Shown here piece after piece: positions 25,001 through 36,297 of a stretch of DNA of 64,000 bases. The translations under genes and the position numbers were made by a program. Under the pieces are notes generated by a model. That model did not search any database, was not told where the DNA came from, and was given only the letters and a program-made list of their open reading frames with translations. Source of the DNA: Lepidodermella squamata (taxonomy: Eukaryota; Animalia; Gastrotricha); assembly GCA_047495785.1 (NCBI GenBank), contig JBLDXI010000007.1, positions 2,728,001-2,792,000 on the forward strand, given 5' to 3'. Every line of letters starts with the position of its first letter. The first letter of the stretch is position 1.

Positions 25001-25645
25001 ACTTCCAAAGCAAGGATTCACCTCGTAAGATAGTAATTGTATCCCGGAATTAACTGAATTTTCCTGTTTCAATAGGATCAAAGGATTACTATCAGACAGC
25101 AGAATAATAGATCTCAGATTTGCAGAGATAAATTATGATTACAGAATGGTAATCCTTGAGCAAGTCGATACGAGAGCTGATCCGATGGCTGGACCTCACA
25201 ACTACCATCTTGTCTCTCCAATTTGTCTACCGAACCTTCAAGAATGCGAAATTCTCGAGAGTTCCCCTTCTGAGGGTGATAGCGAAAGTCTGAACTGTTT
25301 CGTCTCAAGCTATAATCAAGATTTAGTCTTCACTGGTAACAAAATTCCTAAAATATGTTAACAGATACACTTTTTATACTAATTACAGAGGTCATTCCGT
25401 CAGCAAATCAGGATGACGAGGGAACATTTTGCCGCGGAGTTTTCGATGGAATGGCCAGCAGTGGTTTGACTTGCTCTTTTGACGAAGTTCAGCCTTCCGA
25501 ACAAGGAGTCCGATTGGCTATGGACCAACTTCAAGACATCGGGTCTGCAATATCGACATGTCTAAAACGTCAGATTTCATCGAAATCTCAAACAACTTAT
25601 CATCCTATATGCCCCGCGTTATCTTGGCTTTTGAGCTTTATATAA
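22016..25645 (+). CDS. Secreted ankyrin / Thr-rich / CBM39-like / degenerate trypsin-homologue protein, paralogue 2; exons ~22016-24826, 24885-25024, ~25077-25335, ~25389-25645
   Basis: Hydrophobic N-terminus and the same three ANK modules (AIWSGDY, AVRAGN, SIELGD...YPNQAA). A poly-Thr linker precedes YVPREVVFEALEPQGLRIEYARDD, then LPWN|VKL...CSAVLVS...VSPICLP...ICPALSWL. Confidence 0.82.
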
Positions 25646-26313
25646 TTAGAAGTACACGCGTTTATTTTAGAGCACCACCTCAAAGAAATGTATGGTTCTG
25701 GTTATTTTGTACGCCCGTGTGAGTCTTCAGCATGCTATTCTCATTTTTTTCAATGTCCCTGTACCACAAGATGAAATAATTTTCACGGTAATAAAATAAG
25801 TGTTGCATTACGTGCTTCCTGATTTTCTAATATAAAAAGTCGCTATATCGTGCGTGAAAAGAAACCTGCGCTGCGAAAAGACGCGACACATAATTCACGC
25901 GTATTACCTATGCATAATTTAGGCCTAATAATTTCACGTCGCAGCAGTGAAGCTTGTGACAACAATTTCTTAGCGAAAAATCTTATCATCATTTTTTGTT
26001 CTCCATCATATCTCGCTCGTAATTGTAATTTGCGTGGTGTTTAGATGCAACGCGCGCTACTGTTTATCAACTCGTGCCGCGCTCTCACAGGTGACAAGTC
26101 ACAGCACCGAGCTCGGGGGGTTAATGCTAGATAAATATCTAGATGCTTCATCGCAAATAATTATCCGCAACCTGGCATGCAAAAATTATGATATTATTGC
26201 TATACGCAACACATAGCGCTCACGATAAGATAAACTCACACACGCGCGCGGATGTAACTACTCTACCATAACCAGGTTTTACAGCTGCCAACCCCGCTTA
26301 GGATCCTACCATC

Positions 26314-29300
26314 ATGCTTATCAATGGTATAATCATCCTAACTATTCTCAAAATCGCAGTGGCAGAGCAGATTTTTCCTGGTGAAAAATTGGTCGAAGCT
26401 ATTTGGATTGGTGACTACACTACTATATTAAAATCGTTGGAAAATGGAATTGCACCAGACTTGGATCTTATCTACAACCACACGCTGCTCTCTCATGCTG
26501 TTCAAAATCATCAAACCGCGATTTCTCGACTTTTCATCCGTTACGGAGCCGATGTTAATGCAAAGGATTTCAGAGGGCTAACCCTTTTACACCACGCAAG
26601 TGAGCTAGGTAACCTTCATATGGTGGAATTACTCATTGAAAACGGGGCAGATCCAGCCAGATTTTACGACGAAGGGAACTGCAGAAGAACGGCTCTTCAC
26701 TCTTGTGTTCTTCATAACCCTGGAAATCGATGTCATGGCTTGATTTTACAGGCTTTAATCGCCGCTGGTGGCGAAGTGAATGCACTGAATTGCGACAATA
26801 AATCAGTGTTGGACTTGGCATTGGAAAATCCGAATAAAGAATTCTTGGAGTCTGTCAACATCGAACAGCTTAAATTCATGATCGATCACGATATTCCAAT
26901 CGAATTGCATCTCATTCATGCTGTTAGAAACGGAAATTTTAGTGAAGTTGTTCGACTTTTGGATGTTGAGAATGCCGATGCCGAGTCTGAGGAGTGGAAT
27001 ACCCATCTTTCACCGCTGTTCTACGCGATAATCGGCAATCACACTGATATTGCGCAGCTTTTATTAGAAAGAGGCGCTAACCCATTACGAAGAGATGAAG
27101 GCGGAAATTCTTACCTGGGTTATGCAGTAAGATTTGGTTATTCACAGATGGTCCAACTCCTGCTAGAGCATGGTGCTGATGCCAATGCTATCAACATAAT
27201 GGATTGTGATCGGCCAGTTTTGATGGAATGCTCTCGGCCCGGTTCTATTTTACCACGTAACTGCGGCTTCGAGATCGCAGAACTGCTAATGGAACATGGA
27301 GCTAACCCTAAATCTCAAGATTGCACAGGCGCTCAATCGATCCCGGAATTCGGCCAGAAGCTTGGTAACTCTGATTTCATTCAAGTTGTTGAATCGAACC
27401 CTGGTAATAGAAGGACAGCGAGAACGTTGAAGGCTAATCGAGAAACTTCGGAATCGGAAAATCGTAATTCGGGGAGACAAATACCCAAGAATTTCCTTCT
27501 GATCCGGAAAACGAGTCCTGTGACGACGACTACAACTATGGTTCCGCCTGTTGCCATTAATGGGACAAAGCGTGTACCTTTGGTTGATCTGTTGTATCAA
27601 TACTTTTTGAGGCAGAATGGGAGTGCGAATTCAAGCGCTCTGCTTCTGACAACTCTTCCTGCTACAACGACCACTTCCACTCCCCTCAGAAGACAGGCAA
27701 ACTTCGCCCCGAAACATAGTGCTGAAGAATTGTTCGAAAGTATCCGATCTGGAGACATCAAAGACTTGATTTCAATACTTAAATCGAATGAGCTAGACTA
27801 TGCATACCTAATCGATCCCGAGACCAATTTAACCACACTTCCGATGTTGCTAAGCGATCACTATCCAAACCAAGCTGCCAGTTTGAGAATCATCCTCCAG
27901 TACGTGCCTGGTTTGAATCTAAATGGATCTCTTCATATGACTATGCATCTTGGCTCAGCTCCTGTCGTTCATCTTCTTCTTCAAAACGGAGCGGATCCGA
28001 ATGAATTTCAAGCCGATAAGAATGATTGCTCTGTCACGCCTTTGATGCTTTGCGTAATCAGTGTTGCAACTTGCGATGAAGTCATCATCCGGCTATTGAT
28101 GAAATACGGCGCGAATGCTAAAACGCTTCGAAACTGCAGGGGACAGAGTGCTGTAGATCTTGCCAACGTTCGCCGGTCTCTTGGTCACTTGGATACTGAA
28201 GAATACAGCCAAGTTTTGCAGGCTCTGAATGCAACTCTCATGGAATACGCAACTCCGAGGCTGCCCTACACCACTAATGTAGTCCATGCGCTTCAACAGC
28301 TGTATGAATACACGCCGCAAGATCTGGTTATCGAAGTTCTGAGGCCTAGAGGTCTCCGTTTTCAGTACGAGAGGGACGATCCTCGACTCGATCATATTTT
28401 GATTGAATTACGCGACGGCGGTCCCGATCACCACTACATTGCAGTTTACAGCGCGGACTCCAGCAATCCTCACGCGCCATTTGTCTTTGTAAATAATGAC
28501 ATTGAAGTTCAGGAAGGCGATTCTTTTTCTTACCAATTAGCGGCAGTCTTCAAAGATGGACGTAAATTTGCCAAGGGTCCGATGACTTGGAGTTACCAAA
28601 CTAGGAGTGCTGTTAGTTTCTTACCGCTATCCTCGCGAACCGAAGTTCCGAGTACCGCCACTTCACCGGTTAAGAAGTTGGAATGTGGATACATTGCTCC
28701 AGAATACAGCTCGGAGCAGCTCTCTTCTCAAGTTTTGCCGAAACCCTTGCCATGGACTGTAGGTTTTCTTCCTTTCGATAGACCAACGCTCAAACATTTA
28801 TTTTCCTCAGGTCAAATTAGAAACCAATTTTACGAGCTCGAAATCGGAAAGTTGTAGCGCGGTGCTGGTTGGCTCTAATACTTTTCTCGCCTCAGCCTAC
28901 TGCTTTTTCGAGCCCTATACAAATCTAGTCAGGAAATTCAATTCGTGAGTTTTCTTCTCGATGCCAACTCTTAACGCAAATAGATTTCTTTTAGAATCAA
29001 AGCCACGCTGAATGATGATAGAGTTTTCTCAGTCAGTCTCGTCAACATAAGTTTTGAAGCCAACATCGCCGTCCTCAAGCCTATGAATGACGACCGCAGA
29101 TCAGTATTTGGATTATTTAATTACGGCCATGTATCTCCTGTTTGCTTGCCAACCCGCGAAGAATGTGATTCATTAGAACTGCTGAAAAATGGAGTGAATT
29201 CAACGACTGCGATCGAGTGCTACATTTCGAGCTACAACCAAAGCAAGATCATGAGAGGTAAGATCGAATTTTAGCAATCACTTCGGGCTTGAAATCTCTT

Positions 29301-29575
29301 AACGCATTTTAGAGCTATCTATCTCTTGGCTCGATTCGAACGACGAAACCTTTTGCGAATCGCTGAGAGGTGATATCTTGAGTAACTCCTTGGTATGCAC
29401 TATCCAGAAACCTGACAAGACAAGCAAGCAGAAAATGGAGAGCTCGAAGCGCCAGTTATTTGACAAAATCTCAACTCGCATCAACAAATGTCTCGGGAAA
29501 ACTTCGGCTTCTACGGAACGGACTTTCAACCCAATCTGCCCTGCATTATCCTGGCTAAGCCAAATTGTAACGTAG
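26314..29575 (+). CDS. Secreted ankyrin / CBM39-like / degenerate trypsin-homologue protein, paralogue 3; exons ~26314-28758, 28811-28944, ~28995-29257, ~29332-29575
   Basis: Signal peptide MLINGIIILTILKIAVA and the same ANK modules. YTPQDLVIEVLRPRGLRFQYERDD...VQEGDSFSYQLAAVFKDGRKF is followed by LPWT|VKL...CSAVLVG...VSPVCLP...ICPALSWL. Confidence 0.82.
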
Positions 29576-29749
29576 AATTCTCAAAGGAATTAGTCGCATA
29601 CTGCCATATTTATTTACCAATTTATCTTGCATTTTAAACCCGAGTGATTTCTAAGACAAATTAAGAACAGCGTCAACAAATAAAAAAGCGATCCTATGAA
29701 GATCAAATTTTGCCACAAGCCAAGCTTCGCTGGTTTCAATGAAACTTCT

Positions 29750-30306
29750 TTTTTTAGATCTTCCGCAGATCACAAGTTAGAAAATTCTTCTGGCGGAGTT
29801 TCCGAGTTTCTCGTTTAACGTTCTATCAGAGTACAATGGCTGGATCAATGTGATGCAGTTGGGTGTAGATCGCCCGTGGATACGTCGAAGGTAGGGTGAT
29901 GGCAGGCTTCTCTCAGCTAATAAATTGACATTTTATATGCTATAAGCTACAAAATTCTCCCTTGATGTTGCTGTCTCCCGCGACAATTCAAACATTTTAA
30001 GTGGAAACGGTTTCAAACTAAAAATGGCAAGCGCTCATAAGAGCTACGATAAACCTTTCGATCGGCTGTGCTACATCTCAACCGGCTAATAATTCGTCGA
30101 TTTACTACATGAATGAAAATGATGCGATTTCATGCTTGACGGTTTACTACGGGCCGTTTACTATACAGCAAGTGATGCATGTGAAAGTGGCTTGTAGAAT
30201 TAAGCCAACTAAGAAGTCGGCTGCTCAGTGTGGCAGCACTACGGCCAGCGCCTCAATGTTGCAAACAGGAAATGCAGTTTTTGTCTTGCTTTGCATTCTT
30301 TGCTAA
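29750..30306 (+). pseudogene. Decayed copy of the lectin/LamG-like domain found in the channel gene at 37398
   Basis: MNENDAISCLTVYYGPFTIQQVMHVKVACR aligns by eye to ISENDAIACFTVHNGSIDASGMEQLQADCR at ~38800. The upstream frames are interrupted by stops. Confidence 0.55.
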
Positions 30307-30449
30307 ATTTTAACTAAAGCGGATGCCAAGAAAATGTAACAAATTTATTACTGCTGTCAATTAAAAAAGGGGATGTGCGCACTTACAAAATTTCACCAGC
30401 TGATGCGTTTTCAGAAAAAATCGAATTCAATTATGTTTCCCCTTTCTTG

Positions 30450-32016
30450 AGTTGCGTTTTTTATGGTGTCCGGAAAGCTATTGTTCGACGTTGTGATCAA
30501 TTCTTCGAACACCTCCGCAACACAGAAATAACAATCAAGTAATTAGGCCGGAGCTGTCCGAGGGTGTGTTCAAAAAGTCTCAGAGCTTCAGAACGCTGTT
30601 CTTTCAGAATTACTCGATAATTGCGTTTTTTAATGTTCAGAGCGATTTTTCGCATTGTTTAGTTTCAGAGGAAAGGGACACAGATGCTCTTGATTACGCG
30701 TTCTGGCGATTTTTTAATGCTCAGAACGTTCAGTGAGGGACAAGCATTGTTCGAAGTTGCAGGCTGCTCGAGCAGTCTGAAACTTTCCCTGATTACTCAC
30801 GTGCGTCATGATTAGTCACAATGGTTCGATATGAATTTTATTTTAATCAATTTTTTGACGGCAAAGCGTTTATACGTCTGCGAAGTAGGGAAATTATTCG
30901 GAAACCTTGCGGAACACCTTGGAACGCCTCTACAGGAAAACACATAAGGCTCAGGTCAATTTTTTAATTTTTCTTTTCCAAAAATTGAAAATTAAATTAA
31001 AAATTTTGGGCGGCATCACACATTTTCAATTTCACAACTGCTAATTTTCGAAGCCTTCCCAAAACATTTTGAAAAATACCTTTACTTTTATCGGGAGGGT
31101 GATAGCTGCAGCTTTCAATTTAAAATCAAGAGTCGTTTGATGAACAATTCCCAAAAATTCATTCAGATCGAGACCGATTGCAAACTTTCTCGCAGCATGT
31201 ATAATTTATGCCGATAAAATCGCGGCGACACTAAGGAGGTCTAGATTCTAGATTGTTCTCTATCGTCGTAAACCGAAAAAACGGGTTGAAAATCACTCGA
31301 CAATCCGATAGGTCGCTTTGATTTGCCTTTTGGAGGGAAATTATTTCAAAAATGTTCCCAAAAAATCAAAATTGAAGAGAGGCTGTTGGGAGCCAATTCC
31401 TAACAATTTTCCCACAATTTATTGCAATATTTAAAAATTTTCCCGAGGTGAATAAGCTTTCCGCGTTAGACTGCGATAAATAGAAATAAAAGTTAAAGTT
31501 TCGTTGAAACACTATTGCGCAATGAGAGAACAATGCCTGTAATTAAGAATGCGCATTCAGTGGCGCTGAGACTTTTTGAACACACCCCGAGCTCGAGAGG
31601 CAAACAGTTAAGACTAATCACCCTCCAACTTGATTAGATTAAGCCTTGACAAATCGTGACATGGTTGTAATTAATTTACGACATAGCGCCATCTGACCCT
31701 CGTTAGTTTATGACGACGTGCCATACGGTCACTTTGTAGCTAAACGTCGTGGGAAAGCCTTTTTTATTTCGTCGGCACGATCCGCGAAAATCGAGAGAAA
31801 TATTGATTTTTTGAAATTTTTCGAAATTTACCGAAAATTCTCAATTTTAACTGTCAAATGACGATTATTTTGAATCCAAACTTGTCAAAAAATCCGTAGT
31901 TCAATATTTCTGAATTTAAAGTTTAACGATTGCCTTGAAAAGCTAAACCTAAGTTATGTATGTCATCTGGTCTTAATTGTCATAATTAGCCCGCGGACAC
32001 CATAAAAAACGCAACT
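30450..32016. mobile_element. Outer non-autonomous TIR element
   Basis: Perfect 23-bp inverted repeats AGTTGCGTTTTTTATGGTGTCCG (30450-30472) and CGGACACCATAAAAAACGCAACT (31994-32016), with TTG on both flanks (possible 3-bp TSD). Confidence 0.8.
30562..31587. mobile_element. Inner PIF/Harbinger(Tourist)-like MITE nested in the outer element
   Basis: Perfect 22-bp TIRs GGGTGTGTTCAAAAAGTCTCAG (30562-30583) and CTGAGACTTTTTGAACACACCC (31566-31587), with a CGA 3-bp TSD on both sides. Confidence 0.85.
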
Positions 32017-32236
32017 TTGGCGTGCGCGTTAATTAGGGAAACATTTCAAATCAAGTTCTAATCAAGTTCGTAAATCAGTTCTAAGATTTGCGTGATGACA
32101 AATTTTCTGAAGGCAATTTGATTCGAGAATAATGTTCAAGTATCGTATTTTGACTCTTAAGTTGGATAGCTTTTAATTATCGATTTATTTGTAGTCTTCA
32201 CAGAAATAACAATTGTATTAACTTCCGGAGAATTTC

Positions 32237-33787
32237 TCATGAAAAGCGAATTGCTTCAGAATCGTCTATAACCACTTCTTTGAATTTACTTGCCTTTATG
32301 CATTGCTCAACTTTTCGAATTATAATCGCAACTCGCCGATCTAGAGCCTCCAAAAAGTCATCGGTAAGCAAGGGATAGACTGGATCTGCCCGAGAACTTT
32401 CATCAAAAGCTTGACTTAGTCTCTTCGGTTTTCCTTGGTGGTATTTCATCAACGTTTGAAGAGTACTGTATCGAATGAGGCAGCAGTGGAATATCGGGGT
32501 CAGAATAGCTTCGTCGTCAAAATCTGGCTGTCCGAACCTGGAAGAAATAATGGCAAATAATATTTTCCGCCACGCAGCTTCGACTTACGCTCTACCGTTA
32601 TCGAACATGATCGGAAATGAAAAATTGGCGAAGTCCGGAAAGAAGTGAATGTGATGCCGGTCTTGATTTCCGATCAAAAAGTCGAAAACTGCGATATCCA
32701 TGATATCTAGCAAAATTCGCGATTCCATGTAATCCACCTCAACTTGATAGCAATATTCATAATCTCTCAGCCACGGTGGGTCGCGATTTTTCCAATAAGT
32801 TCTGGCATACGGTGACTCGAGTGAATTTAGATCCATTTCATCGCGGTTCGGCAGTACGAATTGAATCGATCCCTCAATCAAATCCGGCGAGCCACACACC
32901 GCATGGTAGATTTTGCACATATCACAATTTCCGTGGATGCATTTATTGCCAATAGGCGAGATGTATATCGTTTCGTTAAGCTTGTCGCTCGCAAACGGTT
33001 CGATATCTCGAGTGATGTTGAAGATACGACCGACTGTAGGTGGAACCCAGTAGAATCCCAGCAATTTATCGATGTGATATGCCGCAATTTCAGCGTTGTG
33101 CCTCTCGTAATCAGCGAAATAAGTGACGTCAGGTTCCTGGCGAGAATGCTGCCTATCATGGCGTTGAGGCTTGAACAAAACTTCGGTTTCATCTTCTAAA
33201 GTTATAAATAGTTTGAACCAAGTGCCGTAGTCAGCCTCTTCGGTAATATTGGCGACTTTTAGAAGTTTCATGTTTTCGATCAGCTGTGACACAGCCCGAT
33301 GATCGGGATCGTAAAGTCGGTGGGGTTGCTTGATCAAAATTCAAAACACATTTTCATATGTAAGATAAATACGCCGTGATAAAGTGAAAATAAGGCTTAC
33401 AATATTGTTGTGGACAAGTTTCCAGGCACTTGTAATACTCCCCTCATGCACGCTCAGCGATTTCTTCAATGGTCTCGGAGCATTCGGGTAGATTCGTTTG
33501 CTAGGTTGGTTCAACGCCAAATCCAGGCGTTTTTCATTCGCCACTTTGTAGGGTCTAACGAATAGAGGTGGTTGATGAGCCAGTTCCGGATCGATACATG
33601 CATTGTACGGAACGCTAAATACCGCAAATTTACATTTTTTAGGTTCGGATTTAGCTGCCCGAGGTAAGACTCGCCAGGATAAAAATGGCTGCCGTGGAGC
33701 GTCGATAAAAAGTGACTGGCACGGGTACAAAACTGCGCCGACGTTACTTAATGGAAAATTAAGGTAGATTGCTATTATAACTAACAT
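32237..33787 (-). CDS. FAM20C: FAM20C-like secretory-pathway kinase, paralogue A; exons 33787-33401, 33328-32589, 32537-32237
   Basis: LFKP, DYERHNAEIAAYHID, VPPTVGR, CIHGNC, FDFLIGNQDRHH, DNGRAFG, CCLIRYSTL and EALDRR. Confidence 0.88.
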
Positions 33788-34124
33788 TATTTACGTAATT
33801 TAACTAAACTTAGTAAGCTATAAATGACTGTCATTTGACACTATAAAAGCGTCATTGACTCAGCGACTAATGTGATCGACACGTGCGTGACTTTACAATG
33901 AGCACGCAAAACGCGGAAATGGCTTACAAACCCAAAGATGTGTTTATTTCTTCGCATTTCAATATAAAAACAGACCGCGAAATTTAAAAAATATTTTGAA
34001 ACGGGTAGTGTTCATTATGGAGGTAGTGAATGCATGTGAATCAGGTGAAAAGGAGGTATGTGGAAATTGGAGCACCGATTTGAAGCCCATAGGCACAACA
34101 AATACAAATGAAGTCAAAGTAACG

Positions 34125-36297
34125 CTAATGTTGCGGGCTGCGAAGACGCAGCGCTTCAGCTTCAGCGGCTGACCGGCTCTTGCGTACACGCATTAGGAAG
34201 AACAGCATTACCACGAGACCGGCGATGATGCTTACGGCAAGTAAGAACAGCAGTATGCCGAACGAGGCATTGCTGAGAGGCCGGATTTTTCGGAAGTCAC
34301 CCGATATCGCAGCGCCGGTCTCCAAATAACCCGACAACCATTCACCTATGATTAACTTTCCAGATAAAACATTCATTTTCCATCAAACATTGATTTGCCT
34401 ACCGGTCTGGTGTTCGCTATGATGAACGCCTTGATGACCTTCATCGTGATCACTTGCTTTTTGATGGTCTTCAACTGTTGATTTCGTCGATTTCGCCTCA
34501 ACCTGGGCACCAGGTGGTCGGGCCATTACAATATGGTTCTTCGCATTCTGGTCAGCCCTAGCTCCAGAAAAGCCGAGAGAAGCGAGCAACTCAATACCGT
34601 AGAAAGCATCGAAACACGTCCGGCGTAGTACGAAATCACTATTCGGCCCTCGTCCTTCGATTTCCTCTTTCGTCGAGTTAATATTGAATGACTGACGCTG
34701 TTATACATTTATATTAGACTTTTTCAATTGAAAGCTGGTCACTTACTATTGCTTTTGGGCTCATTGATTTCGTGCAGAAATCGTGAACAGCTGTGATGAT
34801 TTCGTGCAGATACAAATCCCGGCCATCCAGAACCGTTTCGTCCTTGCGATCTGGCCCTTCTCGGTCTTTGAACGCGATTTCAAAAGCCCTAGCAACGCGT
34901 CCATCGTTATCAAAAAGTACGAATTCGCCAAGGAGATCTTGCGGGATTTTCCGCCCGGCGTAGTAATTGTTCGCGCCCTTAGCTGCTCGGAACAAGGTGG
35001 ACAGGCGATTTTTGCATTCAGTTGGATTGCCAGTTCCTGTAAAATCGACCCGAGCGGCTTGCCTGTAGTTTTGGTCGTCTTCGGGGCATTTCGGCGGGCG
35101 GGATTGAGACCGAAGAATGATTTCCGCGCATGATGTTTGCCAGATATCATCCCACTGCAGCGAGAATACGGTTTGTACAGGTGAGCACGGGTCGCTGGCG
35201 TGCCGTAGTGCTGGGTTGCCAGATAATAAGCTGGACAGGTAGATTCGCCACATTTCAGACACGCCGAAACAGTAGAAGGCTTCGGAGAACGCTTTGACGC
35301 GATTTCCGTTTATTTGCTCCGTGAAGAGTGATTCGCTGCCTTCAAGCTTCATAGCAGGCTGTGGGGACGGATCATAACGGAAAGCAACATAAGCGGCCTT
35401 TGAATCGATTCCAACAATGCCAACTGAATTCTATGGAAATTCAATGTTAATTATATTTTAGGTTACAACTTTGATTAGTTACCGTTTCCAAATGCTTCCG
35501 ATTTGCGCCGATAAAAGAGCTGATGGCTTGCTCTTTAGCCATAACCAGTCGAACACCCTCATCGCCCTCATCGGCAAGTTTTAGCTTGTTCGGATGCTGT
35601 TTTGCAATGGCGGTAGCAATATTTCCGAGTTGCTTCGCATCAGCAGTGATATTACAGCCCACCCATTGCCGTAGAATTTCTCTACCGGTGAGAGTGAAAA
35701 TTAAAGCTGCGCCACTTTTCTTCGGCAATTTTTGCACCAGTTCTTTAACACACTCTTCCGCCATGAGAAGTAGCTCGCCTAAAAATGTATTTGTGATGAT
35801 AGATTGAAGTGATCGAATATAAAATAAAACCTCCTCTTCGACCGCATGAAGCAATAACAGTCGAATCGATCGGTCGTTCCTTTTGGCCATCTGCGACTTT
35901 TCGCAATACCGGATTGGCACGGCGAATCAAAGCCGCCTCGACGACGTCATTTTTAACATCAACAGCTATAACATGTTGATTCGCCGGGAAGTGCTCCAAT
36001 TTGAATTGGCAAACTAGTATAACCAGGATGCCGATGAATCCAAGTGCGAGAAGGGATGTGCCTATGATTATGCACCAGCGATTGCTCAATTTTCGGGATT
36101 TCTGAGATGTTGGTGACGCGGGTTCATAGACCAACTCGACGTCACCTGAGCTGGGAGAGCCCAGTTCCTCCACAATATCACTGAAATGAATAACTCTCCT
36201 TGTAGTAGCCGTTGCTAAGTTTCCCAAAATTTCTTGGAAGAGAGCGGGTAGCTATGACTTACTTTAACTGGGTGTTGCTGCTTCGCCTGACCGCCAT
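34125..36297 (-). CDS. GDA1/CD39 (E-NTPDase/apyrase)-fold two-TM protein with degenerate catalytic motifs; 6 exons
   Basis: N- and C-terminal TM helices. ACR-position remnants include VIAVD, LTGREILR, EQAISSFIGAN, GIVGIDSKAAYVAF, FYCFG, DPC, FTGTGNPTEC, FCTKS and EWLSGYL. Exon 1 (36297-36263) splices in frame to 36180. Confidence 0.72.
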
